In this document: piece by piece, positions 1 to 10,901 of the stretch | Position numbering within the stretch: position 1 is the first letter of the stretch | Layout: each line of letters opens with the position of its first letter | Assembly: GCF_000283555.1 (NCBI RefSeq) | Contig: NC_016012.1 | Coordinates: 990,001-1,022,000 of the forward strand | From: Candidatus Arthromitus sp. SFB-rat-Yit | GTDB lineage: Bacteria; Bacillota; Clostridia; Clostridiales; Clostridiaceae | Length of the DNA stretch: 32,000 bases | Direction of reading: 5' to 3' | Notes under the pieces: generated by a model | The model's input: the letters and a program-made list of their open reading frames with translations, nothing else | The model's database searches: none | What the model was told of the DNA's origin: nothing | Made by a program: the position numbers and the translations under genes

Positions 1-2930
1 TCTGGTTGAGTCATTAGGTTTTCTGCAATAAACTCTGTAGCTGAAAGTTCTTTTGATGTTAATTTATTAATCCAGAAATTCCATCCTTCAACCTCTGGCT
101 CACGCCCAAGAGCTATTGTATAAACTCTAGATACAAAGTTTGCAACATCTCCTGTTGGTTTTGGAGTAACTGTTCCAGTTTTAAATGTAGTTAATGGATA
201 TTCTACAATTTCTGTATTTTCAAGAGTAAATTTAGCTATTAATCCTTTAAATTCTGTATTAGCATCCAATCCTTGTACAAGAATTGAATTTGTAGCAGAA
301 TCCCAATTAGAAGTATATTTTTTACCTGATGAATCTTCAACTGATACAGATTTAATAGGTGATTTTGGAGTTGAATAATAATCAAGTTTAATTGTCGCCT
401 CATTATCTTTAATAGTAGCCGTATCTGTTTTAATATCTAAATTTCCTATAACTGGAGTTTTTATAGTTACATATTTCCTAATGCTTTGCTCTGTATTTGA
501 ATCATTATTATAAACAAATTCAAGGGTAATAGTTGTATTTGTATTTGGAGTTAAACCTGATACGTTTACATAAGAACCATCATACTCAACTTTAACATCA
601 GGATTTGATTCTAATGGAATATAATTCATTCTAACGAATCTTCCATTCATATCATCAATGAATAAAGGAACTCTTGTACTTCTTGCATAATCAGACTTAT
701 GGTTTGTTTCAATATCTACTGTAAAAGTACTTTGTCCATTAACAGGGTTATTTTCTGTTACGTTATCAACTGTTGCATCATCTCTCTTGCTATTGATTTG
801 AGCTAATGTTGTTCTAAGAACCCCATTTTTACCATCATAATCTTTATAATCTAATTCTAAGTTAACAAAGTTGTAATCTGTTGCTTTAGAAAGATTACTC
901 AAAGTTACTACATAATAATTAATCTTAGCTTTCTTATCTACTATTTTTTGAATCTTAGACTCTTCTCCTGGTCTTAAACTTGTTACTCTTAATTCACCGA
1001 TATTATCTTCAGAATTATCAACCTTCAATACATATCTTAATGAAGTTGCATCGTTCTTAACAGCTTGTACGTTTAATCCTCCTGGAAGCGTAACCATTTG
1101 TTTAGGTCCACTTGCTCCTAATTCTAATTTTGGCTCACTAAATGTTGTTGTTTTAATCGGCTTAGTATTTTTAGTTGCAGCTCCGGTTGTTTGCTTCTCT
1201 TTTAATTGAAGAACACTAACTTGTTCTTTACCATCAGTGTTTGAAGTTATATCAATTTCAGTGAAAATATAGTTACTATCAGTTCTTAATCCTGAAATCT
1301 GTAAATACTTACCTTTTGTTTTATCGTCAGGATCAACTTGAATTAATGATCCTGTATAAGTTTTATCCTCTGAATCCTTCATTTCAATCTTTACTATACT
1401 ATCATCAGGATCAACAAATTTAATTCCTTTAAATCTTATAGTTGTACCTCTAGCCTCAACATTATCAGCACTAGTAAAATCAAAATCTCCTACATTAAGA
1501 TAATATTTTTTTGCTAACTGGCTTGTATAAAATGTTCCACTAACCTGTGTAGTAGTCGTATTACCACCAGTAGTAGTTTCTTCATATATTGCATTATTCA
1601 TTACATTTATAGTAGAAGGGGCTTTTGCTGTTGTCGCTTGAGGAATATTTAATCCCGTTAAAATTTTATCATCTTTTATTGGAAGCTCATTATTTTTAAT
1701 ATTGCTTCCTGTTAAACCAACAAATGTATAATTTGTATTTGTAGCTAATTCATCATTACCTTGTCCATCCGCACCTTGTAATCTCATAATAAGAGTAATT
1801 GGAATATCTTGTGAAGTAGCTCTTACAGATCTTTGTCCACTTCCTTTATACATACCATCAATATCAATTATTCTTCTTACGTACTGTGAATTTTGATTCT
1901 TTGGAGGACAGATATTAGCAGCAGTGTATGGTATATTAACTATTTGACCTTTGCTATCTTGGAATGTAAAATTATTACCAGCTGTCACATTAAATATTTC
2001 AGCTAATCCAGCTTGTAAAGCTTCCCTTGCTGTAGTATCTTTAGCTGCTCCTTCAAAATTTGTATTAGCATCTTGTAAAGTTTCCTCATAAGCCTTTTGT
2101 ATTAAATCAGCTAAAGCAACCTGAGTACCACTTCCATTATTAACTTTAGTAGAAAGTACATCTCCTGTTAACTTAAAACTAAACCTAATAGTTCCTTGTG
2201 GTTTTTTCTGTCCTTGAGCTCCAGTTAATTCGACACTACCAATACTTCTAACAGGCACGATATTACCAGCTACATTAGTTTGTGTATTTCTAGCATCTTG
2301 TGCTTGTACTTGAGATTGTTGTGGCAATACATTCATAACTTGTCCATTACCATCAACATCTGTACCTGAAGTAACTCCATTATCTTTAACATCATTGGAG
2401 TTTATATCATTTGTTGATTCATCAATCCCATTTATATCGTCTGACAATCTTCCAAAACCATTTAATGGTTCCATAATAGACGCATTATTTTGAAATTCAT
2501 TCATCCCATTTGTTCCAAAAATATTTTCTGATGAAGCCAAATTATTTTCCGTTCCATTTCCATTCATTGATCCATCAGACGTTATATTTTCTGAATAGTT
2601 ATTTAAATTCTCATCTGCTGAGTTATTAAATCCATTATTAATTTCATTATTTGATTCATTAACTGTATTTGTTCCTGTTTTATCATCAGCATAAGCAATA
2701 TCTGGATATCCTCCAGATTGATATTGATCATTAGAATTGTATGGATACTCTGCTGCTTCTTTAAATTCTGTTACAATTCTTTCTGTTGCTCTCTGCAATG
2801 CATTCTCATCATATCTAGAAACTTTAGTGTTATTATCTTGAGAGTTCTTGCTTGATGATGTACATCCCGTAAATATACTTGAGGCAATTGCTAATCCAGT
2901 TAATAGAAGCGTAATCTTTTTTCTATTCAT
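1..2930 (-). CDS. Exported lipoprotein with Fn3-like segments and C-terminal DUF4214-like module (C-terminus truncated by window edge)
   Basis: Not in the ORF track because it has no stop inside the window. The reverse strand from ATG at 2930 reads MNRKKITLLLTGLAIASSIFTGCTSSSKNSQDNN (lipobox FTGC). It stays open to position 1, ending ...TPKPTGDVANFVSRVYTIALGREPEVEGWNFWINKLTSKELSATEFIAENLMTQ, a DUF4214-type motif. Confidence 0.85.
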   Translation of the reverse strand, partial: MNRKKITLLLTGLAIASSIFTGCTSSSKNSQDNNTKVSRYDENALQRATERIVTEFKEAAEYPYNSNDQYQSGGYPDIAYADDKTGTNTVNESNNEINNGFNNSADENLNNYSENITSDGSMNGNGTENNLASSENIFGTNGMNEFQNNASIMEPLNGFGRLSDDINGIDESTNDINSNDVKDNGVTSGTDVDGNGQVMNVLPQQSQVQAQDARNTQTNVAGNIVPVRSIGSVELTGAQGQKKPQGTIRFSFKLTGDVLSTKVNNGSGTQVALADLIQKAYEETLQDANTNFEGAAKDTTAREALQAGLAEIFNVTAGNNFTFQDSKGQIVNIPYTAANICPPKNQNSQYVRRIIDIDGMYKGSGQRSVRATSQDIPITLIMRLQGADGQGNDELATNTNYTFVGLTGSNIKNNELPIKDDKILTGLNIPQATTAKAPSTINVMNNAIYEETTTGGNTTTTQVSGTFYTSQLAKKYYLNVGDFDFTSADNVEARGTTIRFKGIKFVDPDDSIVKIEMKDSEDKTYTGSLIQVDPDDKTKGKYLQISGLRTDSNYIFTEIDITSNTDGKEQVSVLQLKEKQTTGAATKNTKPIKTTTFSEPKLELGASGPKQMVTLPGGLNVQAVKNDATSLRYVLKVDNSEDNIGELRVTSLRPGEESKIQKIVDKKAKINYYVVTLSNLSKATDYNFVNLELDYKDYDGKNGVLRTTLAQINSKRDDATVDNVTENNPVNGQSTFTVDIETNHKSDYARSTRVPLFIDDMNGRFVRMNYIPLESNPDVKVEYDGSYVNVSGLTPNTNTTITLEFVYNNDSNTEQSIRKYVTIKTPVIGNLDIKTDTATIKDNEATIKLDYYSTPKSPIKSVSVEDSSGKKYTSNWDSATNSILVQGLDANTEFKGLIAKFTLENTEIVEYPLTTFKTGTVTPKPTGDVANFVSRVYTIALGREPEVEGWNFWINKLTSKELSATEFIAENLMTQP

Positions 2931-3081
2931 AACCTTCTTAAACCTCCTAAATTTTAAAATAGCACTTATAAAAATAAATAACTCGAACCTTTTAAAAAAT
3001 TTTTTAATAAATCAGCAATTTCTTAACTACTGATAAAACTATTATGAACATTTTATTTTTTTATATTCATAATTTTAAAAT

Positions 3082-3115
3082 AAAAAAATGGCTATTTAAA
3101 ATAGCCATTTTTTAA
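3082..3115. terminator. Rho-independent terminator hairpin downstream of the polysaccharide deacetylase gene
   Basis: Inverted repeat aaaaaatggctatttaaaatagccatttttt. Confidence 0.75.
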
Positions 3116-3945
3116 TAATCATATTCACTTAATTTTTGTTTGAAAATTTCAAGATCACTTCCACCTGGAATACTAACTCTTTCCATCATCATATAATGAT
3201 CGAAAAATTTTCCTGGCTCTGTTGATAATGCCCATTCATATCCTACATTTTGTGCAACTCTTATGACCTCAGAATTAAATGAAGAATTTGGATAAACCAA
3301 AAATAAAATTGGTTTATTTAACGTTTCTTCCAATATTTTTTTACTTGTATACATGGACTTATGAACTTGAGCAAGTGATGTATTAATAAAATCTTCATTG
3401 TTATGACCTTGGCTTTCAATATCTTGACCAGCTTTATGCATCTCTACAAGATTTTCTTTTGTCACGTATCCCTTTTCTCCAAGTTGTCTCGTTGTTACAA
3501 AAAAACTTGCCTTTAAATTCCGTTTTTGAAGCTCAGGAAATATAGTATCATATGAACTTTTATCACCATCATCAAAAGTTAAAATTAATGTTTTAGCCGG
3601 AATCTCTTCATAAGATTTACGTAATCTATATAATTCTTCCAACGTAACTACATTATATCCATTCTCAACTATATAATCTAATTGCTCTCTAAAATCATCA
3701 ATATGTACATATAAGTCATCCTCTTGACTTACCTTCTTACTATTTGTCACGTTGTGATAAAGCAAAATTAATACTTCATTTTTTTCCTTCCTATTTAACA
3801 TTTCTTCATTAATAAGTGCTGGCTTTACTTCATCGTATATTTTTTTCGCATCATAGTATGATTTTGCAACCTGACCACCTATAAATAAAAAGAATATCAA
3901 AATTAGCGATGATATAAAAACCTTATATACTTTCCTTCGTTTCAA
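3112..3945 (-). CDS. Polysaccharide deacetylase (NodB-homology) family protein with N-terminal signal/TM segment
   Basis: Motifs ILLYHNVT and LTFDDGDKSSYDTIFPEL; TTG start preceded by AAGGAGGTG. Confidence 0.85.
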   Translation of the reverse strand: MKRRKVYKVFISSLILIFFLFIGGQVAKSYYDAKKIYDEVKPALINEEMLNRKEKNEVLILLYHNVTNSKKVSQEDDLYVHIDDFREQLDYIVENGYNVVTLEELYRLRKSYEEIPAKTLILTFDDGDKSSYDTIFPELQKRNLKASFFVTTRQLGEKGYVTKENLVEMHKAGQDIESQGHNNEDFINTSLAQVHKSMYTSKKILEETLNKPILFLVYPNSSFNSEVIRVAQNVGYEWALSTEPGKFFDHYMMMERVSIPGGSDLEIFKQKLSEYDY

Positions 3946-3957
3946 CTAAACACCTCC

Positions 3958-4935
3958 TTACAAAGATAAAATTAAGTATAGAAAATATGTTAATATACTT
4001 GCTAAACTCAATAACAAATAAACAAATTTTAACTTTTTGTTGGAATTTTTAACTATAAGCAAAATTGCAATAAATATCGTTGCAATAAATCCAAATAATA
4101 ATAAAATTTTCGTTTGTATATGATTAGTAAAATAAAGTGATGTCCTTGTATACAAAAGATCTATTATCGAAATTATAAATAGATTAAACATATTACTTCC
4201 AATAATATTTCCTACTACTAAATTAAATTTTGATTTTTTAGCAAGTGCCAGACATGATGTAACCTCTGGGAGTGATGTTGCTATTCCTAAAAATAAAGCA
4301 CCACTCAAACTTGCAGCTAAATTTAATTTTATAGAAATTATATCTGTTACATACGTTATAGCAATACTTGCAATAACCAATCCTATGCTAGAAAGTATAA
4401 ATCTTATAAAAATTTGTTTAAGTGTAAGACTATTCTCCTCATCTTCTTCTCCATCTTGACCACCATCTATATCATTAGTAGCCATAAATTTCAAAGAAGT
4501 AAAATATAAAATCGAAACTAAAATTGAAACAACACTAATATTAAAAATGTTAAAATCTTTTGAAAAATAAGCTGGTAAAAATAAAATTATATTTATTACT
4601 ATAATAAACATGGTTATTTTAGTATGACTTTTACTTATTTGGCTTTGTACAAAACCCCTTATAAATAAAATAACAATAACAGACAATGTAGCTAAATTAA
4701 AAATATTGCTACCTAGAATATTTCCCAAAACAATCTCAGAATTATTTAAAATAAGCGCTCCAGAAATACTTGTGAATAACTCAGGAAGAGATGTCACTGC
4801 TGCAAGCACAACTCCTCCTATAAAAGCCCCAGATATATTTGTTTTTTTATCGATTAAATCAACATAATCAGCTGCTTTTATCGAAAATACTATTACAGCT
4901 ATTGCCAATATTATATAAATCAAATATACCAACAA
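3958..4935 (-). CDS. Calcium/sodium antiporter family (CaCA) membrane protein
   Basis: Two alpha-repeats: SLPELFTSISGALILNNSEIVLGNILGSNIFNL and SLPEVTSCLALAKKSKFNLVVGNIIGSNMFNL; multiple TM segments; TTG start after GGGAGG. Confidence 0.9.
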   Translation of the reverse strand: MLVYLIYIILAIAVIVFSIKAADYVDLIDKKTNISGAFIGGVVLAAVTSLPELFTSISGALILNNSEIVLGNILGSNIFNLATLSVIVILFIRGFVQSQISKSHTKITMFIIVINIILFLPAYFSKDFNIFNISVVSILVSILYFTSLKFMATNDIDGGQDGEEDEENSLTLKQIFIRFILSSIGLVIASIAITYVTDIISIKLNLAASLSGALFLGIATSLPEVTSCLALAKKSKFNLVVGNIIGSNMFNLFIISIIDLLYTRTSLYFTNHIQTKILLLFGFIATIFIAILLIVKNSNKKLKFVYLLLSLASILTYFLYLILSL

Positions 4936-5100
4936 TGTTTCCTCCCTTAATTTTTTTAAACTTTATCACAAAACTATGTTTTATTATAATAGCTAATCTA
5001 TTTTTATACAATATATATTAAAATTCCAAATCATGCTACGATTAATATTAGTAAGGCTTATTTACAAGGACGTATATTCTTGATCAAGGAGGATCTAACT

Positions 5101-5847
5101 ATGAAGATAAATAAAAATTCTAACATCACAAAAGCCTTAAATGTTTTTAAAATTGAAAAAATAGATAATAATTTATCCAAAGATAACTCAACTTCTGACC
5201 ATGTTCAAATTAATTATCTTATGGATGAGCTAACAGAATCACAATATATAACACGCAATTATCAAATAGGTATAACTTATGTGCAAATAGCTAAGTCAAC
5301 TTTAAGTGAAGTAAAAAAAACCATCATAGAAATGAAAGAAATTTTTGATAAATGTAAAAATGAGAATAATACTTCCTTTGGTCGTGAATCGCTAAATTTT
5401 AAATTCGAAGAATTACGTCAAAAATTTAATAAAGATTCAGATAAATTAAGCGTTGATATACGTGAAAATTTATTTTACAACAGCAAAAATGAACTTGTAT
5501 TTAAAGTATTCGATTCAAAATCTCTAGAAAATTGCATTCTCATTCCAAAACTCGATGCAAACAAATTAAATCTTAAAAATATAAATATAAAAAATGAAAT
5601 CAATGCCAATGAAGCCTATGAAAAAATTACTGAAGTTCTCGATTACATTATATATTCAGAAAGAGCGATAAAAAATTCTGAAGAGAAACTTCTTAAGGTT
5701 AATCTTACAGATATTATGTCTGCAAATCTTATGGCATTGAGCAGCAACGAAAGTAAAGAATCTATCCAAAAATTGTTAGACCTAACAAGAAAAGGACTAC
5801 TTAAAGAAGGTAATACCTATTTGAAAGACTTGAATAAAGACAAATAG
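5101..5847 (+). CDS. Divergent short flagellin-like protein
   Basis: ATG at 5101 preceded by AAGGAGG (track start 5080 is an upstream TTG). N-terminal NYQIGITYVQIAKSTLSEVKKTIIEMKEIFDKCKNENNTSF and C-terminal TRKGLLKEGNTYLKDLNK resemble flagellin D0/D1 segments ([47 protein letters not shown]). Confidence 0.55.
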   Translation: MKINKNSNITKALNVFKIEKIDNNLSKDNSTSDHVQINYLMDELTESQYITRNYQIGITYVQIAKSTLSEVKKTIIEMKEIFDKCKNENNTSFGRESLNFKFEELRQKFNKDSDKLSVDIRENLFYNSKNELVFKVFDSKSLENCILIPKLDANKLNLKNINIKNEINANEAYEKITEVLDYIIYSERAIKNSEEKLLKVNLTDIMSANLMALSSNESKESIQKLLDLTRKGLLKEGNTYLKDLNKDK

Positions 5848-5858
5848 TCAAAATAAAA

Positions 5859-5898
5859 ACGGAAAGTATCATAAATTATGTGATACTTTCCTTTTTTG
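5859..5898 (+). terminator. Rho-independent terminator
   Basis: ggaaagtatcataaattatgtgatactttccttttttg, perfect 11-bp stem plus T-run. Confidence 0.85.
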
Positions 5899-5913
5899 TA
5901 TACATATTTCTTT

Positions 5914-7053
5914 TTAATTTAATACTGTTCTTATCCTACTAAAACATTCTTTCAACATTTCTCTAGGATAGGCCATATTAATTGCAATCTTACCTTGAAG
6001 ACTTCCTTCAATTTCTTCTCCAAACTTAACTGTAAGTTTACCATTTTTTAAAATTCTATATTCAAGTTCCTCAGGCATATATCCATATTTCGATAAATCA
6101 ATAAATGCTAAAGTTCCACTCTCAGGTTTTTCAAGTTCCATTGTCCCAAATATATTTTTAAGATAAGTATCAAATAATTCAAAATTTTTATTGACATAAT
6201 CTCTGAGCTTCCTCAACCAAATATCTATTCTACTATAAAATACATTAAATATTTCAACATCTATTGCGTTAATCGCAAACCTACTATTTTCACTTAACTG
6301 GTGCTTCATAAAATCTCTAAATTTTTTATTATTTATAACCAAATTACCCATAGTACTATCCATCAAATTCAATGTTTTGCATGGACTTAAATATGTTATA
6401 ACATTACTACTATTGTTCAATGCTTTAGAAAGAGGAATATATTTAACTCCTTCTCTTGTTAATTCATACCCTTCTTCAATACTCAAAATCCAAAGATTAT
6501 TCCTTCTCGCAATATCTCCAAGTTTTTTTAGCTCCTCTTCAGTAAAACATCTTCCAGAAGGATAATGCGGATTACTTATAACCATAACCTTAGAACCCTT
6601 AGAATATTTTTCTAAAAGCTCAAAATCAAGTTCCACTTTATCTCCTTCATAAATAAGTGGTATTGATATAAGATTCCTACTTGATGCCAAAATCTTATAA
6701 CGTAGTATTTTTTCTAAAGGAGAAAGTACAACCACATTATCATTCACCTGAGTCAATGACTCAAATATTAACGTATACGCCATTTCATCACTCGGTATAT
6801 ACTGTATATTTTGTATATCAATCTCCCACTCATACTCTTTCATAAAATAAGCACTCATAAGCATCTTGTATGATTCTTTATCATAATAACCTTGCTTTAT
6901 CTGATTTTCAAAAAGATCATAATTCTGTATCACAAACATTATAGGTTTTGGACTTAAGAAATACATTTTCTCAGTTTCGTGCATTATTAAATCAAATTTA
7001 TTAGTATCCAAATTTGAATATTGATAATTATTTTTAATATTAGTTGCTCCCAT
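5914..7053 (-). CDS. PLP-dependent aminotransferase-fold protein, MalY/PatB-like, with unusual active-site substitutions
   Basis: SNPHYPSGRCFTEEELKKLGDIARRNN and YLSPCKTLNLMDSTMG; start taken as MGATNIKN with GGGGGAG upstream. Confidence 0.75.
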   Translation of the reverse strand: MGATNIKNNYQYSNLDTNKFDLIMHETEKMYFLSPKPIMFVIQNYDLFENQIKQGYYDKESYKMLMSAYFMKEYEWEIDIQNIQYIPSDEMAYTLIFESLTQVNDNVVVLSPLEKILRYKILASSRNLISIPLIYEGDKVELDFELLEKYSKGSKVMVISNPHYPSGRCFTEEELKKLGDIARRNNLWILSIEEGYELTREGVKYIPLSKALNNSSNVITYLSPCKTLNLMDSTMGNLVINNKKFRDFMKHQLSENSRFAINAIDVEIFNVFYSRIDIWLRKLRDYVNKNFELFDTYLKNIFGTMELEKPESGTLAFIDLSKYGYMPEELEYRILKNGKLTVKFGEEIEGSLQGKIAINMAYPREMLKECFSRIRTVLN

Positions 7054-7078
7054 ACTTCTCCCCCTTAACACAAAACTT

Positions 7079-9184
7079 TTATTCTATGTCGTCAACTTTT
7101 TCTCCATTATCTTCAAAATTATTTTGATTCATGGAATACTCCTGATTGCTTTCTACTATTTGTAGATGAAGATCCTCTGAAATTTTAAATTTGTTTACAA
7201 TATTATTCAATTGAGCTGTTGTAAGTTTATTTTCCTTAATAAAATGTTTCAAACTATCTATCTTCTCAACAATCTGAAAATTCTTATCAGAAATATTTGA
7301 CAATCCAATAGTTCCAGTATTAACAGTAGTTGAAATTTCAGTTATTGATCCAACTATTGTTTCAACTGCATCACTTACTTTCTTAGATATATCCAAGAAA
7401 TTTTTCATAAAATCATTAATCTTAAATGTGTCACTTCTATATTCTTCACTGCTATCTATAAAGCTATCATAATCAAGAATAATTTTATTATCTATAAAGT
7501 CCAAAATTTGTCTTGAACTTGTAATCAAACTTTCAATAGATGTATTAACATTCTGAGCTATACTCTTAATATTGTTTGCTGTAACTGAACTTTCTTCCGC
7601 AAGAGTCCTAATTTCCTCTGCAACAACAGCAAATCCTTTTCCTGCCTCTCCTGCTCTCGCTGCCTCAATTGCCGCATTAAGTGCAAGTAAATTTGTCTGA
7701 CTAGCAATACTCAAAATAGATTCTGTAAGAGTATTAATTTCATCAACTTCTTTTGATTTATCTATTGCTGTTTCCAAATCACTCTTAACATTTTCATAAA
7801 TCTGTATAGCTTTATCTTTTGACTCTGTGATATTACTCTTTATCAAATTAGTTCTCTTAGAAATATCTTGAGTACTATCATATCCTTTTTCAGCGTTCAT
7901 TTTTATGTTAAACATCTCATCACTTATAAGTTTTGATGAAGCTGTTATTTCTTGAAGAGTCGCATTTGTTTCTTCCATACCAGCATATAAATTATCCGTT
8001 TCAGACGATGTAATTGTAGTGGAATCTTTCAATTCTTTTGTTAAAAATTCAATATCGTTATACTTAGAGTTCAAATCAACTATCTTAATCTTAATTGTTT
8101 TTATCATTTTCCCAATATTTAATCTCATTCTAATTAAACTATTATAAGATTTACTCAACTCATCCTTGGAATTATTATTAAGCTTGTAATTATCTATAAG
8201 TTCAAAATTTGATGTCTTATCAATTATCCTATCATTTTCTTCTAATCTTGATAAAATCAGGAATTTAAGTGTAAACAATGATATAATCGTAAGTAAAATT
8301 ACAAATGCTCCTAACAATATACAAGTAATTATTTGATTCTTTGTAAACGACTCATCCATAGATGATACAGATGCAAAATAAGAAATCTTCCATTTAAGTC
8401 CTGAAATATAATAAGTCAACATCTTATAATCTCTTTTCCCGATATTTATATCACTTAAATATAAAAGATTTCCGGAATCAGATTTTGATATATTAGTCAG
8501 CATATTTTCATCATTTAAGTACTCTCCAACAATATTTTTAAAATCAGAATAAACAACTCGCTTATCAGCAGTATAAATTTCAACATTGCTATCATGTAAT
8601 ATATCAATTTTCATATTGGAAACGATTTCTTTAATTAAATCAGATGATAATATTCCACACAAATATTTATCCGATAAACCATTAGTATTAGGAATATTCG
8701 ATACTAAAACAATATCAACTTCCCCTTTATTAGAATCAAAGTCTAAATACACACCATAATCATCTTTTAATTTGTTATTTTTTACAATATCATCTAAATT
8801 ATCTACCTTTGTTCCCTCTAACCTTCTGTTTGTAGATACTTCAACTACACCTTCAGAATTAATAATTGTTACATCTTTTACAAAATTATTATTCAAATTT
8901 ATATAATCTCTAATAATAGAATAAGGTTTATCATTATTTATTTGACTATCTTCAACTATGTACTGAGAGTCTTTAATCATTGTTCCTAAAAATTTAAAAT
9001 CTAAAATATAATTATTTATTTGATTTTCAATCTGTAATGATGTAATTTGTGACTTTCCTCTTAAAGCATCAACTTTTTGAATTAAAAAATCATTTTTAAT
9101 TATAGAAAGTCCGAACGAAGCAATTAAAACGTTTAATATAGAAATAACTATACTGAATAATAATATCTTAAATTTAAGAGACAT
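7079..9184 (-). CDS. Methyl-accepting chemotaxis protein
   Basis: Signature [40 protein letters not shown]; N-terminal TM, periplasmic sensor-like region, second TM. Confidence 0.96.
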   Translation of the reverse strand: MSLKFKILLFSIVISILNVLIASFGLSIIKNDFLIQKVDALRGKSQITSLQIENQINNYILDFKFLGTMIKDSQYIVEDSQINNDKPYSIIRDYINLNNNFVKDVTIINSEGVVEVSTNRRLEGTKVDNLDDIVKNNKLKDDYGVYLDFDSNKGEVDIVLVSNIPNTNGLSDKYLCGILSSDLIKEIVSNMKIDILHDSNVEIYTADKRVVYSDFKNIVGEYLNDENMLTNISKSDSGNLLYLSDINIGKRDYKMLTYYISGLKWKISYFASVSSMDESFTKNQIITCILLGAFVILLTIISLFTLKFLILSRLEENDRIIDKTSNFELIDNYKLNNNSKDELSKSYNSLIRMRLNIGKMIKTIKIKIVDLNSKYNDIEFLTKELKDSTTITSSETDNLYAGMEETNATLQEITASSKLISDEMFNIKMNAEKGYDSTQDISKRTNLIKSNITESKDKAIQIYENVKSDLETAIDKSKEVDEINTLTESILSIASQTNLLALNAAIEAARAGEAGKGFAVVAEEIRTLAEESSVTANNIKSIAQNVNTSIESLITSSRQILDFIDNKIILDYDSFIDSSEEYRSDTFKINDFMKNFLDISKKVSDAVETIVGSITEISTTVNTGTIGLSNISDKNFQIVEKIDSLKHFIKENKLTTAQLNNIVNKFKISEDLHLQIVESNQEYSMNQNNFEDNGEKVDDIE

Positions 9185-9291
9185 ATAAAAATTCCCACTT
9201 TCTTAAAACCACAATAAGCATAAAATATATAAAATATTATTTGTTATTTTTCTTCATTTAAAACATGATTTATCTAAATTTTTAAAGGTAA

Positions 9292-9332
9292 AAAAAGCAA
9301 GGAATTACATATAATGAAATTCCCTGCTTTAA
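9292..9332 (-). terminator. Probable terminator downstream of radA
   Basis: Imperfect inverted repeat aaaaagcaaggaatt...aattccctgcttt. Confidence 0.55.
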
Positions 9333-10714
9333 AATATGTCATTAATAACTTCATGTATATATTTAAAAGCTTTTATTTCTATATTTTTAAAATTTCCCAC
9401 CCTATAATTCTCACCATAAGGAACATAAACTCTTTTAAATCCCAATCTATCAATTTCTTTAAGTCTAAGTTCCATAGATGGAACTCTTTTTATTTCCCCT
9501 GTAAGTCCAACATCACCAATAAACACATAGCCATTATCTATAGCTTTGTTCTTTATAGAAGAAACTATACTAATAATGATGGATAAATTAACACACTGTT
9601 CCCTCAATCTAATACCACCAGTAGATTTAATTACAATATTTTTATCAAATAATTTTATTCGTCCTCTCTCTTCTAAAATTGAAATAAGAGTGTTTAATTG
9701 ATCTCTCTTTAAACAATCAGAAATTCTTGAAGGGTATGGCGTTATAGAATTTGAAACAAGACTTTCAATTTCAACAACAATACATCTATTACCTTCTTTC
9801 ACAACACCTAGACAACTTCCAAAAACTTCATTATTTTCATCTCTCTGTGTCATAAAAAACTGTGATGGATTATCAATAGAAACCATACCTCTCTCTGTCA
9901 TAGAGAAAAATCCTACCTCTCCAGTACTTCCAAATCTATTTTTTGTACAAATAAGAGATCTCAATTCCTCAAAATTATCTCCTTCTATCATAAGCACACA
10001 ATCAACCAAATGCTCTAAAGCTCTAACACCAGCTAATTCATCTTCTTTAGTCATTTGTCCTACTATCATAACAGCTCTAGGCCTATTTGAACTTTTTGCA
10101 ATTCTCAAAAGCTCATTTGCACACTCCATTGTTTGAGTGGGTGATCCTGGTCTTGACGAATATTCTTCTAGTATAAAAGTTTGTATACTATCGATTATTA
10201 TAAAATCTGGATCAATGTCATTAATTACGCTAATTACATTATTTAATGAAATATCAGAATATATCCATATATTTTCATCAGATAATTCAGGAATTATTCT
10301 ATCAGTTCTTTTCCTTATTTGACTTTCACTTTCTTCCCCAGATGCATACAAAACTTTAAACCCTTTTTTTGAAATATCATAAGCAACCTGAAGTAATAAT
10401 GTTGATTTCCCTGCTCCTGGTCTTGCCGCGAGTATACTTATAGAATCTCTTACAATCCCACCGCCAACAACTCTATTAAACTCACTAATATCAGTTACTA
10501 TTCTATCGCTATTAAGTACTTCTACATTTAAAAGTTTTTGAGCCTTCTTAGAAGTAGTCAAAGTTTTTGTGTATGTATTAACCTTAGCATTTGCCTTTTT
10601 AAGTACCTCAGACTCTTCAAAAGAATTCCAAACATTACAATTAGGACATTTGCCCGACCATTTAGCTTGTTCAAATTTACAATTTGAACATGTATAAACC
10701 GTTTTAATTTTCAA
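9329..10714 (-). CDS. radA: DNA repair protein RadA
   Basis: CxxC...CxxC zinc finger YTCSNCKFEQAKWSGKCPNC, Walker A ARPGAGKST, KNRFG motif, C-terminal Lon-like domain. TTG start at 10714 preceded by TTGGAGG; track start is 5 codons upstream. Confidence 0.95.
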   Translation of the reverse strand: MKIKTVYTCSNCKFEQAKWSGKCPNCNVWNSFEESEVLKKANAKVNTYTKTLTTSKKAQKLLNVEVLNSDRIVTDISEFNRVVGGGIVRDSISILAARPGAGKSTLLLQVAYDISKKGFKVLYASGEESESQIRKRTDRIIPELSDENIWIYSDISLNNVISVINDIDPDFIIIDSIQTFILEEYSSRPGSPTQTMECANELLRIAKSSNRPRAVMIVGQMTKEDELAGVRALEHLVDCVLMIEGDNFEELRSLICTKNRFGSTGEVGFFSMTERGMVSIDNPSQFFMTQRDENNEVFGSCLGVVKEGNRCIVVEIESLVSNSITPYPSRISDCLKRDQLNTLISILEERGRIKLFDKNIVIKSTGGIRLREQCVNLSIIISIVSSIKNKAIDNGYVFIGDVGLTGEIKRVPSMELRLKEIDRLGFKRVYVPYGENYRVGNFKNIEIKAFKYIHEVINDIF

Positions 10715-10770
10715 ATTTACCTCCAACAAATTTTAAATAAAAGGTAAATCGATTATATCATAATATAAAC

Positions 10771-10809
10771 AAATATAAACACTACTTAAAATAAGTAGTG
10801 TTTATATTT
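10771..10809. terminator. Long AT-rich hairpin (perfect 17-bp stem)
   Basis: aaatataaacactactt-aaaat-aagtagtgtttatattt. Confidence 0.65.
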
Positions 10810-10901
10810 AAAATACTATTCTCCAAATTCTACCTATGAAGTCTTTAACCATAACAACTTATAAAATTAATATTATAAAAATTAAATCAAAACATTTCAC
10901 A

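Noticed and set aside
2848-3033. Short plus-strand ORF MLDDVHPVNILEAIANP
   Set aside because: Overlaps the signal-peptide region of the reverse-strand lipoprotein; no RBS or homology signal.
10771-10809. Perfect 17-bp palindrome as an IS end or operator
   Set aside because: Most simply a terminator hairpin between two same-strand genes; no second copy seen nearby.
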